A stretch of 64,000 nt of DNA from NCBI GenBank assembly GCA_973895155.1, contig OZ316892.1, positions 21,763,619-21,827,618 of the forward strand. The letters are read 5' to 3'. The notes under the pieces are model-generated. The model had not been told where the DNA came from. It searched no databases and saw only the letters and a list, made by a program, of their open reading frames with translations. Shown here piece by piece: positions 36,452 to 50,500 of the stretch (its first letter is position 1; each line of letters starts with the position of its first letter). The DNA is from Marsupella aquatica. Taxonomy: Eukaryota; Plantae; Marchantiophyta. The position numbers were made by a program, and so were the translations under genes.

Positions 36452-37586
36452 GAGATATATGTTTGATGGGTCCTCTGGTGAGACTTGTTTACCGGTGGGC
36501 CCCCATGAAACTTTTTTTACCAAGTGAGACCCCTCTTAATGACCCGTACGCCTGTTAATCACACCCATTGCCTCGTAGTGCACTGTGCTCCCAGGCCCAG
36601 TCCACCACACTTGTCGTCGCAGTCTACAGCGCCTAATCCACCACATGGGTCTCATAGACTACCACGGTTCATTGCAACGAGCAACAATGTCATTACCACA
36701 TGATTTGATGGGTTAATGCCTGAAGACACAATGAATGGATTATGTTTTTCCCGTGTTTCAAGGTTTAGGGTTTCAAGTGTACCCGACACCTTTGGGTCTG
36801 TCTTCTTTCGGAATTGTTTGTATGCATTGCACAGGGAGTGTCGCCATTTTTTGAGCGCATTTGTTGATCATTGGTCAATTTTTGTCGTGACGGCAATGGG
36901 GGAATTCTGAACATTGAACTTGAATATTCACTGTGGACATTTTAGGTACTCTGCACTAACGCTGATAGTCGTGCATGAAAACATCGTGAAAAACCCATGT
37001 GCACCGCGTGAAAAGCATAGCTAACGACTACCCCGTAATACGGTAAAAATTTTGAACCCGAAGACATAATCCATGTTGTATTCAAGTTGCGGTTTGGACA
37101 GCAACAACCGCTTTTTGTGGTTCTCCCACATCATCTCTGTGGTTCCACATGTTTCTTCGACCATGTAGGGGTGGCCTCCTGCACAGTCCAACAGTCACAA
37201 AAAAACTCATACAAGCAAACCTAATGACTACCCCGCGATCGGTCAAATTTTTAATCCGAAGACATAATGCATATTGTCTTCAAATCACAGTTTTGGCAGC
37301 CACGGCCATTTTTTGCGGTTTCTCCCAAATAAACTCTGTGGTTTCTCGGTCGACCGTGCAGGGTCGGTCGCACGGTCCAACCGTGCAGTTTGCCTGGAGT
37401 CCTGGTTGACCATAGTCTTTTTGGAAAACGTGGTTGGTCACTCCATGAAGGAAAAATTTGTGACAGTGCTTGTGATAAGAACATCTGACAACAAATACTA
37501 ACAAGGGGCCTATTAGATAAGAAAAGTTACCTAGTGGCCTATCAGGTAAGAAAGGTTCACCAGGGGGCCCATCAAGCATATATCTC
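36452..37586. mobile_element. Non-autonomous Mutator-like element (copy A)
   Basis: TIRs GAGATATATGTTTGATGGG.../...CCCATCAAGCATATATCTC. 10-bp TSD CTATACTAAG/CTATACGGAG (2 mismatches). The internal sequence is shared, inverted, with 42747-43718. Confidence 0.8.
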
Positions 37587-40500
37587 CTATACGGAGCATT
37601 GGAGTTTAAACTTGGATCTATTGACAACAATGTGTACACATAGTTAAAGGACTAGAGTTTAGGGCAAACTTCAGCCTGAGAGTGTAAAATCAAAACTAAT
37701 CCGTGCATTTGAACAAAATAGAATACATTATGCATAATGTATTAAGTCCAAGACCCGCAAATTGCAAACATAAACTTGAATTGGCCCAATGATAATTTCT
37801 GGCCGCTCCTTTATTATAGTTTGCACATCTTAAAGGTAGCCATAGGAGAAAACATGAGGAGGAACGTGAATAGGAACAGCAAGAACAAGCAATAAAATGT
37901 TGAGAAATGAACCTAAACTCAATGAGAACAAAGAGGTTCCTAAGAGGTTTCATAAAAAGAGGATATCTAATACATAATATTCACATTGTCTTCAAAAAAG
38001 CAATGAGTTGAGGATGATATGGTGCTTGCATGCTTCAATGCGGCCCTAAACTTTTTCCTTTGTAGTATGGATACAATAGCCACAATGTATTCAACCAAGT
38101 TATAAGTTATAAGGCAGCGCTACTAAGCTTGGGTACTCCAATGCAGTTGTAAGATACTTCATTTGTAGTTTGAATACATTAGTCACAATGTATTTTACCA
38201 AGTTGGGAGGCCTTGCTACTACACTCGGGTGCTCCACTTTAACTGTAAGATACTTCATTTCTAATTTGAATACAATAGTAACAATGTATTCAAGCGAGCA
38301 GAGAGGTCATTGCGCTATACTTGGGTGCTCCATTGTGGCCATGCTAGGAGCTCCGGCTTTTGATATTCATGCACTACACATTTAACTTTTGATCTTACTC
38401 TACTCGACTATCCACACTGTTATCAGGCTGCACAATAAGCCTGAACTGTGTGGTAAACACTTTCACAAGAACATTACTACACAGAGTGGGCCCGGAGGTC
38501 GACGAGGAGAGAATCTGAAACTTTGGGTCCACTGGGAGAGAATCTCCATCTTTTGGTCCATAAAGAAAAAAGTTTGGTTTGGAAGTCCACTAAGTATATC
38601 TCTCCCGTCTATGTTAACAAATAGATATCATTCTTATGTGAGCAATAGATTCTAATACTTGAGTCTCAATCCTCTTTGTTTTGCCTCCTGTCAAGGGAGT
38701 CTTCCCAAAAAAATGGGCAGATATTAATACGCTTGTCCACATGCTTGTGACCGCAAGTTACCCAAACCACTCCTCTTGGGACAGGTTTTCTTTTGTGTAC
38801 CTGAGGGTTTGAGACACCCTTAGTTAGCTAATAATGCAATAGTGGGTGTTTGCTTCTCTTGAATGGGTTTAGGCTTCCAGTGTTTTTTGTTGGGGTGAAG
38901 AAGGTTGGTGTTAGGGCCTTTAGTCAGATTCCTTCACCTTGCAAATTGGTGTGGTCTTTTATTGTGGTTGGCTTTTGCAGTAGGCTTCTGAGCTTCTTGG
39001 CTCTTTGGTTTCCTATCCTTCATTGGGTCTCTTGCCTATGCAATCATGTCTCCTAGTTCAGCTTGTGTCTTGGCAGTTTTATATGATAAGATATATAATA
39101 TTAATAGGTAGATAGCAACATACTGTGTACATGGAGCTTGCGTACTGTAACCTCAGACAAATTACATTTTGTGTTACTAACTCTTATTCGAGACCCTGTT
39201 CTAGACCAGGGAATTTTAGGTTCTATTTATGAATTAGTCGTACTCACACTACTTCTGTTCTAACACTACATCTGGGTTTAAACTAGCAACATCCTGCTTA
39301 CATGACATTGTGTTACTCACACAACTTCAAGACCAGAGGATTTTAGGCTCATCTTATGAATTAGTGTTACACAAAGTAATTCTATTCTAACACTATTTTT
39401 GCACATATTATTTATCTTTACTCTGAACTCAAATGGAAAAACAGTGGGAAAGAGAACTGTTTTGAGAAATGGACAAGAATCAGTGTTATTATGGACTCAA
39501 GATTGCCCATTTTTTACTAACACTTTCAACAAAAGTGGGAAAAAATTGAGAAAAATGGACAATACCCTAGTGTTATTTTGCATTCAAGATCACTTCCGCC
39601 ATAATTAGTGTTAATCATATAGTAACACTAATTATTGCATAATACTTTTGAAGGTGAACAGTGTATGGTTAATTTCTAGTTTTGAGGAAGTTTCATAATG
39701 TGTTGATCCAAGTCTTGAGTGCAATCTTGTCCATGAATGCACACAAAACAGCAATGACAAATGCTTTACCATTCTTTAGTAAAATTAGATGAGAGGTTCC
39801 ATAATGTGCCAATCCAAATCTTCAGTTGTGCATTCTTCTCCATAAAACTCAAAAGACAAAGAGAAAAAGCACAAAGGGCATTGTGGCAATGGAACAAAAT
39901 CTTAAAATTTGTGTCATGTTTTGATGAAAACCAATTTTTGTGTTCTCTTTGGCTAGCGAGAATATTTCAGCCATATGGAGGTCTAGAAAATGCACAGACT
40001 AGAAATCCAAAAGTCAGCCAAAATCAAAAGGCATAAATAACCACGGTGGTGATTGACTAACAATGCTCTTCCTTGGAAGCAACCATTCCTGTTTGCTCAC
40101 ATCTTAAAAACCCTTCCCCCAAGAATACCATGTGTTAACCTGGTTAGAGCAGGACTAGCATAAAACACTAATGATTTTCATTCAGGGACTTCTTCTATTT
40201 TATTTCTAATCTTAAAAACAAAGTGTACACTGAAAAGTCAATGTTTACACGAGGATGCTTAGACTATTCTTAGCATGCACCTGACAAAACTAGTTTGAGG
40301 TTTCAGAAGGACCCCAAAATATTTGCTATTAGGTGAAAGTGAGAGTGAAATCTGATGGATTATGGTTGGGAAAAGCCCCAGATCTCTGCGGTTCCATTGT
40401 ATCCTGAGTATTGCCGGCTAGCAGGAGCCAAATCCTGGCGTAAGTAGCAGGACCAGTGGTTTCATGAGGGGGTTCAGGCATGGAAATCTGTGTGCGTAAT

Positions 40501-41700
40501 AGGCCTTTGAAACCTCTCAGTTTTTGTACAAGCCATGGTCATGCAGGTTTCCCTGGAAGTAATGCGGTGGTCGCACAAATAGGCGGCTTACCACTTGCAA
40601 TGAACGCTAAAACTGATAATTTGGGGCGGGGAGATCTTTTGCTACTCTTCAGGTTTGAGACACCCTAATTATATGACTTCAGATATTCTGTTTAGGGCTG
40701 AAAAATTGAGGTAGGTACATGCAAAGAAAATTCTAAATTCACATCAATAGGGGGCCTGAAAGATAGCTTGCAGGCAGTCTCACAGCAGTCCGGGTTGAGG
40801 TTGAGAGTGACGCAACCAAAAAATGTGCAGCACTCCTCGAGCCTAGCTCGGACACTTGTGTTGTGTGATTTGACCATTCCCAAATGCCAGTCCCCCACAC
40901 CGTGGCCTGGCTGTTATAGGACCATAGAAAATGAATTCAAAAAATTGCTATGCTAGTTGCACTCACCCGCTGGCCACATTATGGGCACTTGCTCTATAAC
41001 ATGGAAGGACAAAACAGTGAGGTCAATATTTAAGACCCCTGAATATCTTCTCCTCTCATGGAATCACCCAATTGACTTCCATCGCTACTAGGGCATATCA
41101 AAATAATGCTATAACCAAGGTCTTGTGGTTGTGACTTTTCGGAAATGGGGTGGTCTTATGGCTCTGACTTTTTGGAAGTAGGGTGGTTTTATGGTTGTGA
41201 CTTTTTGTTCTGTTTTTTGGAAGCCAGGGTGGTCTTATGGTTCTGACGTTTTGGTCCTTTGACACGCCCTACTACTGGAAACCCTGACATAGCCTGACAA
41301 AGATTTTTTCCAAATGTCATTTTGAGTTTTGTTGTTGGTAACCCACAAAACTACACATTCATTTAATAATTTCTGCTGCGTTTCCGTTTTCCATGGAGGA
41401 GCAATAATATCTGGACTGAAAAACATACACACTGTCACCGTGTCACGTTGGCACCGTCGTGTCAGTCAGTCAGTGGGAAGGGAAAAACTGAGAAAGACGG
41501 TGCCATGAAAAGCACTGGGCAACTGAAAAAGGTCAGTCTAACATAACGTTCCCACAGTGTTTTGTCGGATGCTGCCCCTCCCCTCATGCCCGTTCCAGGT
41601 TTGTACTGTAGCACAGTAGTAAGTAAATCTACAGTAGCTATAGTAAATCGAATACTTACCAATGTGGTCCCTAAATTGGGTCTGTTCTCCAAATCCTGAT

Positions 41701-41942
41701 CTGCCCTGCCCTGCCCTGCCCTGCCCTGCCCTGCCCTGCCCTGCCCTGCCCTGCCCTGCCCTGCCCTGCCCTGCCCTGCCCTGCCCTGCCCTGCCCTGCC
41801 CTGCCCTGCCCTGCCCTGCCCTGCCCTGCCCTGCCCTGCCCTGCCCTGCCCTGCCCTGCCCTGCCCTGCCCTGCCCTGCCCGCCCTGCCCTGCCCTGCCC
41901 TGCCCTGCCCTGCCCTGCCCTGCCCGGCCCGGCCCGGCCCGG
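41701..41942. repeat. (CTGCC)n / (GGGCA)n pentanucleotide array, about 45 units
   Basis: Directly visible. One interruption at ~41881, and it ends in GGCCC units. Confidence 0.98.
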
Positions 41943-42746
41943 AACGCTGCTCGTTTCAACCGTCGATGGACTCCATCGAGAGGGGGCCTGCAGAAAATAA
42001 TGACCGCCGATCTCACGGCTCCAACTCGGGATTTCACCGTCGATTCAGTCCATCGACCGTTTTCCTGAAGGTGCTATGGCCGTCGATCATAATAATGGAC
42101 GGTGCATAAATTGGGTCCAGAAACGACGGGCAGACCGGCGGATTGCCCAGCCCTATCTCCAGCTCGATGACGTGGAACGATAGTTGGATACGAGAGCAGT
42201 CGGGAAAAAAGAGGAAAGCTTTTCGGTCTGACGTCAGCTTCTCGTTCGCCGTCCGCCCGTCTATCGGAGGGTCGGAGCATTGGCATGATTCCGTCCGTCC
42301 GTCATAAAAACCTTCTGTCGGTCAGGTTCTGAGTTATTTCGATACAGGACAGGGTTCAGGTTTCTGGAGAGTACGACGTCGGCTGTCAAATGGGTCTGGT
42401 TTTAATAGAACGAATTGAAACCATCCACGTGGAATAGCTTACATGTTCTTCCTCGATCAAAGAGCCCATAAAAAAGCATTTGAGTGGGGCTGAGTTGTCA
42501 AGTCAAGTGGCAGGGGGGTGCCCGACTGAATCAGGACTTTTCAAGTCCGATGCCCGTTTAGACACATGTACTTTTGATTCTGCTCCTGTACGCACATTAA
42601 CTTCGATGGCCAAAAGTTTCTTCTAGCTTGCTTTCAGATTGTGACGAGTGTCTATTTTGATTTTCCCAGCGAAGAAAGTATTTGAGTGTAGTTTTCTCCA
42701 CAGCTAGCCAAAACATGTGTTAGACCCTGTCCACGTGAAAAAAAAG

Positions 42747-43718
42747 GAGATATATGTTTGATGGGCCCCTCGGTGAACCTTTCTTACCTAATGGACCCCT
42801 AGGTAACTTTTTTTTATTAAATAGGACCCCTCTTAATGACCAGTACACCTGTTCTTGTGTGGTGCCTACACCTGTCCTTGTGTGGTGTCTACTATGTATG
42901 GTGATTCCAAGCAAACTGCACAGTTGAACCATGCGGTCGACTTTACATGGTCGACCGAGAAACCACAGAGATTATTCAGGAGAAATCACAATAAGCTACT
43001 GCTGCTGTCAAAATTGTGATTTGAAGACAATATGCATTATATCTTCGGATTCATTGGGTTAATGCCTGAAGACATAATGAATTATGTCTTCGGGAACCTT
43101 CAACGTTCAGGAACCTTCAAATTTTTACCATATCGTGGGGTAGTTATTAGGTATGTTTTTCACGTTGCGCACATGGGTTTTTCACGATGTTTTCATGCAC
43201 GACTGTCAGTGTCAGTGTGGGGTACCTCCAAATGTCCACAAATAATATTCAAGTTCAATGTTCGGAATTTGCCTACTGCCGCCACAACAAAAATTGGCAA
43301 ATGATTGACAAAATGATAATACTCCCTTGTGCAATGCATACAAACAATTTCAAAAGAAGACAGACCCAAAGGTGTCGAGGTACACCCTAAACCTTGAAAC
43401 ACGGGAAGACATAATCCATTGAGTCTTCAGGCATTAACCCATTGAATCCGAAGACATAATGCATATTGTCTTCAAATCATAGTTTCGACAGCGGCAGTCA
43501 CTTTTCGCGGTTTCTCCCGAATCATCTCCGTGGTTTCTCGGTCGACCATGCAAGGTTGACCGCACAGTTCAACTGTGCAGTTTGCTTGGAGTCACCATAC
43601 ATAGTAGGCACCACACAAGGACAGGTGTAGGCACCACACAAGAACAGGTGTATTGGTCATTAAGAGGGGTCCTACTTGGTAAAAAAAGTTACCTAGGGGC
43701 CCATCAAGCATATATCTC
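42747..43718. mobile_element. Non-autonomous Mutator-like foldback element (copy B), TIRs of about 300 bp
   Basis: Same termini as copy A. 10-bp TSD GAAAAAAAAG/GAAGAAAAAG. 42747-43090 is the reverse complement of about 43405-43718, with an indel. Confidence 0.85.
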
Positions 43719-44701
43719 GAAGAAAAAGTATGACAGGAAACGTGTGGCATTTGATCTTGAGGTTTAGGGTTTGTTGGTATGTTCTTTACTTAGAAACCCC
43801 AAACTGGGAGACAGGGATCCCAATGGCATGAAACCCAGTACAAAAGTATGTATTTCAAATTGCCAAAAAAAAGGGTGTCCAATTGGGAAGCATGATCCCT
43901 CAGGCCAAAAACCCAATCAAGGGGGGAGAATCAAAGGTCCAAAAAATCCAGGGAGAAGGCAATCAAAAGAATTGCAGTCCACACAAAAACCCAAACCTCA
44001 AGCTTATTTATTGGCAAACTGAAGAGTGGTAGAGCTCAGGTGTGAATTGCATAGGTGGGCCAAGCAAGTGAATTCTACTAGAGTCCCTCAAACTTATAGA
44101 GGGAGAATCTCTCCAAAACACTTTTTTAGGTGATGGTCGAACAAGGAGCTTTGTCATTGTTTCCTCACTTTTTGAAGAATGTTTGCCCCACTGGCCCTTG
44201 TCAATGGCACAGGTTATAGATATTTTTAACACTTCTACTGGGTCCATTGAAAGCCGCCAAACAGAAAGGGGCAAAAAGAGAAAAGGGCCAAACAAGTACA
44301 ATGAAAACAAAGCAAAAGAGATCCGTAGGGACAGACTCCAAAGGCAGAAGAAGTGTGCAAAGGTAAGTCCCTAAACCTACTGTAGAAAGAGGAAAATTGA
44401 AAGGGAAAAAATTGGGGAAAAGATCTACCACTGCCATAGTGTGATGAGTTAATGGTCCACATCTAGCGTAGTAACTAACTCAGCAAGTGTGACATGGATT
44501 CCGAGTCATGATCAAGAAGAGAAGAACACTCCATGGCAACAAGTGGGAGAGCGGTGCATAATGGGCCACACAAAACACTCCACCAAATGGTAATGTTCTG
44601 TATGAGAAGTGCGTAGATGCGCATTCTTTTGCTGCTTCCATTCCAAAGCTATGGTCGAGTGCAAATTGATGAGGGGCTCTAAAATGTACTACATAAATGT
44701 C

Positions 44702-44875
44702 CAGAGATATTCTGGATGGACCCCCAAAATGAAAAGCTATACTTAATGGACCCCCATTATTAGTGATACATACCCTTGATAGACCCTAAATAAAGGGTCC
44801 TAAAACCTCACAGGGTCTATTAAGTAACACTTCTCAATTTAGGGATTTAGGGGTTCATTTAGTATAGTATCTCTC
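44702..44875. mobile_element. Short Mutator-like MITE
   Basis: Termini CAGAGATAT.../...GTATCTCTC. Perfect 10-bp TSD CATAAATGTC (44692-44701, 44876-44885). Confidence 0.75.
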
Positions 44876-44949
44876 CATAAATGTCACTGGCTCTAAAGTT
44901 TAGTCACTACATAAATGTCACTTTGCCGCAGAAATCAATTTTTTAATTT

Positions 44950-47594
44950 TTGGGGGGACCCAATCGCCCCTCGGTAATCCATCCATCCGTCGGTCAGTCA
45001 GGCAGTCCGTCCGTCCGTTAGTCGATCCCTGCTCTTCATGTCGCTGTGCCACTGCCCTGACCAGATTGGTTCGTTTTGTACCGGGAAGACCGTAAATGTT
45101 GCAGGGGCACCGAAGTTAAGTCACTTAGTAAGTTCATTACATACTGTAAGTCACACTGCTACACAATTCCTGACAATTATTTAATTTTTTCACAACCAAT
45201 CCGCCCTCGGTATTCCATCCATCCGTGAGTGAGGCAGACAGACCCCTGAGTGGATCTAAATGGCCGGGCTCTTCGGGTCGCGGTGCTACCGGGCTCTACG
45301 GGTCGCGGTTCTGCTGCCCCTTGCCCGATTGGTCTTGTTCGTACCGGCGAGGTCTTTAGATTGATGCGGTCAGGTGTTGGGCAGGGGCAGAATTCGGTAC
45401 CGTACTACGGTACAACCGTGTTCCCTTCAATTTTGCTCGACGGAAATTCCCAAATATTGTTCGCCACTCGTTTTCGATCACACGTCGCTTGGGAGCCTCC
45501 TTAGCGGATGCGGGCAGCAGCAGCCCGGCAGCGAAATTCTGAGAAGGGGAACGAGCACCCGACGCTTCGTGTCTCTGATTGGTCCTCCGGCGAGAGGGCA
45601 GTTCAGGCCGGGCAGGATGGGAGTGGGGTGGGCAATGACCGGCTGTGAACTTGGGATCGATTTTAATATTCTACTTCTTCTTCGATTGTAAAGACTGCTC
45701 TCACTCGCTGATCTTCTTCGCCTCCGCCCTTTGGTCCTGGCCACACTTGGCTGGTTCGCTGAGTTTACAGGTCTCGTGTCTCACTCCCCAGTTGATGTTT
45801 AGATCGCCTCTGATCTCGATCTGCGATCTTTTTCCCTCACATCCTTCGTCCATCTCCCGGATGCTTTTACTGGTGGTGGGAGCGGAAGACGGGGAAGATT
45901 TTTGTGGGAAGGGATTCGGATGCGCTCTTCTGCCTTGTGCGAAGCAAAACCCACTGATAGGATTGGATTGTAGTGGCAGCAGCAAGAGGAGAGGAGGAGC
46001 TCGTCAGTTGGGTGTTGATCCCGGTTGATGATCAGTGAAGGGGCTTTGGGTCCTCTCTTCTGTTTGGTGAGAAGCAAAACCCACCGATAGGATTGGATTG
46101 AAGGTGGCAGCAGCAACAGGAGGAGGTCGTCAGTTGGGTGTTCGTCCCTGTTGAGCATCAGTGAAAGGGTTTGGATATTCTTCTCTGTCTGGTGCGAAGC
46201 AAAATCCCCCGAAAGGATTGGATTGTCTTGGCAACAAGGCGAGCAACGGAGGATGTCGTGTTGAACCCAGTTGATCATCAGTGAGGAGTGCTTCTGGTGC
46301 TGTGCCAAGCCGGGGGGACGGAGGGTGGATCACTGGCTCAACTTGCGCTGGAAAGCTGAGATTTCACTCTGTTGCTCAGGTGGTAGTGGTCTTGGCACTC
46401 CTTGGAAGCTTGGAATTTTTCCATTTGTGCTGTCTTGGATATGGTGACGGCAGAGTGAGTGTAACAGGGTTTTACTGTTGGAGCAGAGGTGGTGAGTAGT
46501 CTTTCGTTTCAGTACGTGTAGCTTGCAATTCGTTGCTTCACGTGGAGGTTCCAATGATGGGGCACCGTACCAACCACATCATTGTTCTCTGAAGTGGGCG
46601 TGTTCACTACCCACCTCCACTTCACTCCTGAAGTCTGCCTTGGAGCAGGTAGAGGTAGTCAATACCCCATATCCCCACTACGCTTCTCGCTTGGGATTCT
46701 GGAATTCCGATTGAATTTTTTTTGAGAAACTAGCCCCAGATCATTTCCAGGGTGATTGTTTTTCCTACTCAGGATTCTTTTCCGTCCTCTGCATCAGCTC
46801 TATTGGTTGTTGTACACGAATTTCCTGTCCTCTGAGAAGAAGAGTACTAGCAAGGCTGGAGTATGCCAGCTTGGATTCAGCTGCAAGTCCACCACTGCGC
46901 ACAGCGCTCCTAGGTTGTGACAATCTATGGTGCAGCACCAATACGACTTTAGAATGTAAGTAGGGGGGAAGCCTATTGAGGTTGTGACTGGATTGAGATC
47001 GAGGAATGGAGTAGAGAAGAGGAGTGGTTGGGGGCGGCTGAGGGCAAAGGATGGAGAGCTCTTCAGGGACTTGATACTCAGAAAAGAGTCTGTGTCTGGG
47101 CCTTCCCTTGACTGTCTTGGTGCAACCATAGGGTAGTGTTCTGAGGCGTTGGCAATGAGACGGAAAAATCAACAGGTCATCGATCTCGGTAGCAGGCTTG
47201 CACACGCACTGAATATATCATTCTGGTATGGTCAGTCAGTACCGAAGGATGGATCGATGGTTCGGAGGAAATTCTTGTAACGAAATCGTGGCCAACAGGT
47301 TTGGATCTGGAGCCAGGGGAAGGTGGGTCTATGGATAGTGAGCTAGGAGGTGCAGAGGGTACTGCTGCGGAGGAAAATGGGAATAGAGGAAGGATAAGAG
47401 AACGAAACTGCAGCTGACGATCGTTGAACAAGACTGAAGAGGGATAGCAGGACGACATAGTTCAAGGCTGAATACATTTGAGCAGGAACGCAGAGAATAA
47501 TGGGACTGTAAAGGTTAGGTTCTTTAGGCTGCTTTTGATTTCCATACAGCCGGCTTGCTGCAAGTGGGTTCTTGAACTGCTGGTGAAAGGCGAA
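44950..47594 (+). promoter_or_regulatory. TOC1 promoter and long 5' leader, probably spliced
   Basis: CpG-rich region with several CCAAT/ATTGG boxes and a duplicated CCAATC-GCCCTCGGTA-TCCATCCATCCGT block. Donor-like GTG|GTGAGT near 46492 and acceptor-like CTCAG|G near 46772. Three repeats of about 125 bp at 45938-46290. Confidence 0.5.
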
Positions 47595-50500
47595 ATGGCC
47601 GACTCGGTCATGCGAGAGCTTGGCGTGAACAACGGCGGACGGATTGCGTTTGACCGGACTAGAGTACGGATTTTGGTCTGTGACCCTAGCACTTCGTCCG
47701 ATGTGGTGGATCTTCTTCGTGGCTGCTCGTACCAGGGTCAGTTCTTTTCCCGCTCCATTCCTGGTCGTTACCTCTGCTCTCGAAAGGTAGCCATGGCATT
47801 TCCTCTGGGACTTATCAGGCGATTGTATGTTCAATACTAGGAGGATGTATATCAAACAAGAGAGTGGAAAGTCATCGTGCTTAGGTTGCGTTTTAAGTGA
47901 TTGGTTGATCAGCCTTTGAATATGACAAGAAAATTAGCACCTCAGGAAGGAGGGCGGGATACTTCCCTGGTGGTCATGCCTTAGGTGATTATGTTTCCAA
48001 CAGTCTTTTTCGAGGAGCGTTGAGAAAACTTTTCTTCTTCCAAAAAGTACTGACTGGAGGAATACGGAACGGGTGTAACATCCTTATTGTTTTTGAATCT
48101 TGTTCCGGTCTACTCTTAGGAAAATGGCTGTCTCAGGATCTATCCCGGTGTTCCTTGTATGGTTACAAGGTTCCTGCGCAGGATACCTTTGCTCTTTGTA
48201 ATATCCTATGACCAGAAACGTATAAATTGTATGTCTTATAAGGGGAACTAGACCTTTGCTTCGAAAGAAACTTGCTTTGAAATAAACTTGCTTTGAAAGA
48301 AACTTATAGGTACCCTACTGTGATGTAAGAGCACTGTTTATGATGGATGTGATATTTAGCATGACTTCAAAATTTCACACCGATTAGCAATCCGACATGT
48401 AAGCTCAAAATCTATGTGATGTCTTTTGGGCTTCCCTTGCGCTGTTCGTCGTCCTCCTGGTTTGTATCTTGCGCCATGGCGATGTGTTTCATGTACTAGG
48501 TAAGTTTTTTCTTGAAGACTAGGGGCACGATTCGGTCCTCTAGCATGCATTAGAAGTGTACAGGAGATATTATGGGTTGTCTGAACTAGTATATCCTCCT
48601 TGTTGTTGCAGTCATCGCAGTGCAAAATGCCCGGCAGGTGATGGAGGTATGCAGAACAGGCATGGGACAGGTGGACCTCATTTTGGCCGAGGTAGAACTT
48701 CCCAAGAACAGAGGCTTCAAGATGCTGAAGTGTTTCATGAAGGAGGAGCAGTTGAAACAGATCCCTATCGTCAGTGAGTACTTCATCTCTTTCTTCAGAT
48801 CTCTGTCAACAGATGTTGGAACAAATCTTGGAAGAAGCAACTGGCTTTGTTTGATCATCGAAAGGAAAGTTTGAAAGTTCTCAATGGAATACCCGGAACA
48901 AATGAACTCTTTTTTACCACCATACAACTAGTTCGACTATCTATTCCATTTGCAGGGCTCTGTCGGTTATTTGTGTGCTGTACTGCCAGTACTCCTATCT
49001 CTACATGGATGAATGTGAAGTTCCTCGACATCTACTGTTGAATCCCTTCTCCAGAAACTGGAGAGCTCAATGTCGAGGATGTGAAGAAGTACATTTACCG
49101 AGAGCTACTGTACTGTTCCTGGATCTCGCTTTGAAGTTTCATGCATTCACGCCGGCTTGGGTTCCTTGTGAACGAGTTGTAGCTTATCGTTCCGTCATTG
49201 TGAATCAAGTGCCAGTGAGTGCTTGTCACCTTCTTGCTTCCAACACACGTTTGTACAATCTATGCGTGTCTTAGGACGTTAATAACGTTTCCAAAACTCC
49301 TATCTTTGGCAGTGATGTCTTCGCGAGATGATATGGCTGTCGTGGGGAAATGTTTGAGACTTGGAGCGGCAGACTATCTTGTGAAGCCTCTCCGCACAAA
49401 TGAGTTGCTCAACTTGTGGACGCACATGTGGCGCAGGCGTCGCATGGTATGTTCTTCATAGATGAGTTCCAGGATTCAAGATCTTGCTCCTCGACAGTCA
49501 CTTGGTTGTGTTTGATATCCAGTTATCGTTGGGTCTCAAGAGTGATTCAGCTTTGTTTGCTGCGTTTCGACAGTAGACCTTGCAGGTTAAGGGGTGGTTC
49601 ACCGTTTATGAAAGTGGATGATGAAGTGGCATGGTTCGGAGAAGTGCATTTGGCAAAGGTCGTTATCGAAGCAAAATGTATTGCTGATGTCATGTTATCT
49701 TTCCTGTTCTTTTCGCAGCTTGGATTGACAGAGAAACACCTGATCAGTGGCAGTTTGAATGCCACTGATTCACCCTTGGATCATCTCTTTCCTGAAACGA
49801 GTAATTCCAACACTACCAGCACAGATTTCTTTTCTGAGGATAGCAACGATCAGGCACGTCGAAATGTCATGGATGGTGCCAATAGCAGACTTGCCAGCAG
49901 CAATGATGAGGCTCGTCGTAGTGTCATGGACGGCGCAAACAGCAGACTCGCCAGCAGCAATGAGGAGGCACGTCGTAATGCCATGGATAGTGCCAATGTT
50001 AAGCTTGCTAGCGTCAACGAGGAGGCGTGTCACGGTGTTAAGGATTGTGCCAACGTCAAGCGTGCCAGCACTGATACTCAAGTACTTTTTCAACCTACTC
50101 CTGGGCAGTGTCTGATTTGGTCCCTTTTCTTCCCCTTGATGTACCAACCATCATTAGCTTCGATGTTTTTAGTTGACTTATTCATTCCTCGGCGACATCA
50201 TATTATGGTGTTGTTCTGGCCCTTTCTTCTTGAGCTTGTTCTTGATGCTCAATACGCTGCTTTTGCGATCAAGTTGGTAGTCGCTGAAATCGGCAAAAGG
50301 TGATTAAGCGTCTTAAATCTGTTAGAGATGTGGTTGATGAAGGTCCAGGTGACAGCCATAAATTTTAGCTCTGCAGAGGCTGTTGAAGGTTTTCTAGAAA
50401 TAGCTCTCATCTATGTCCTTCTCCTGTTGTGCATTTATTGGTTTAATCCCATATTCTCTCAAGCTGCCCCATCTTTCCAACACCCTTGAAGCTATTTGCC

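Noticed and set aside
41462-42037. ORFs with (GQGRA)n / (PCPAL)n
   Set aside because: These are translation artefacts of the CTGCC microsatellite.
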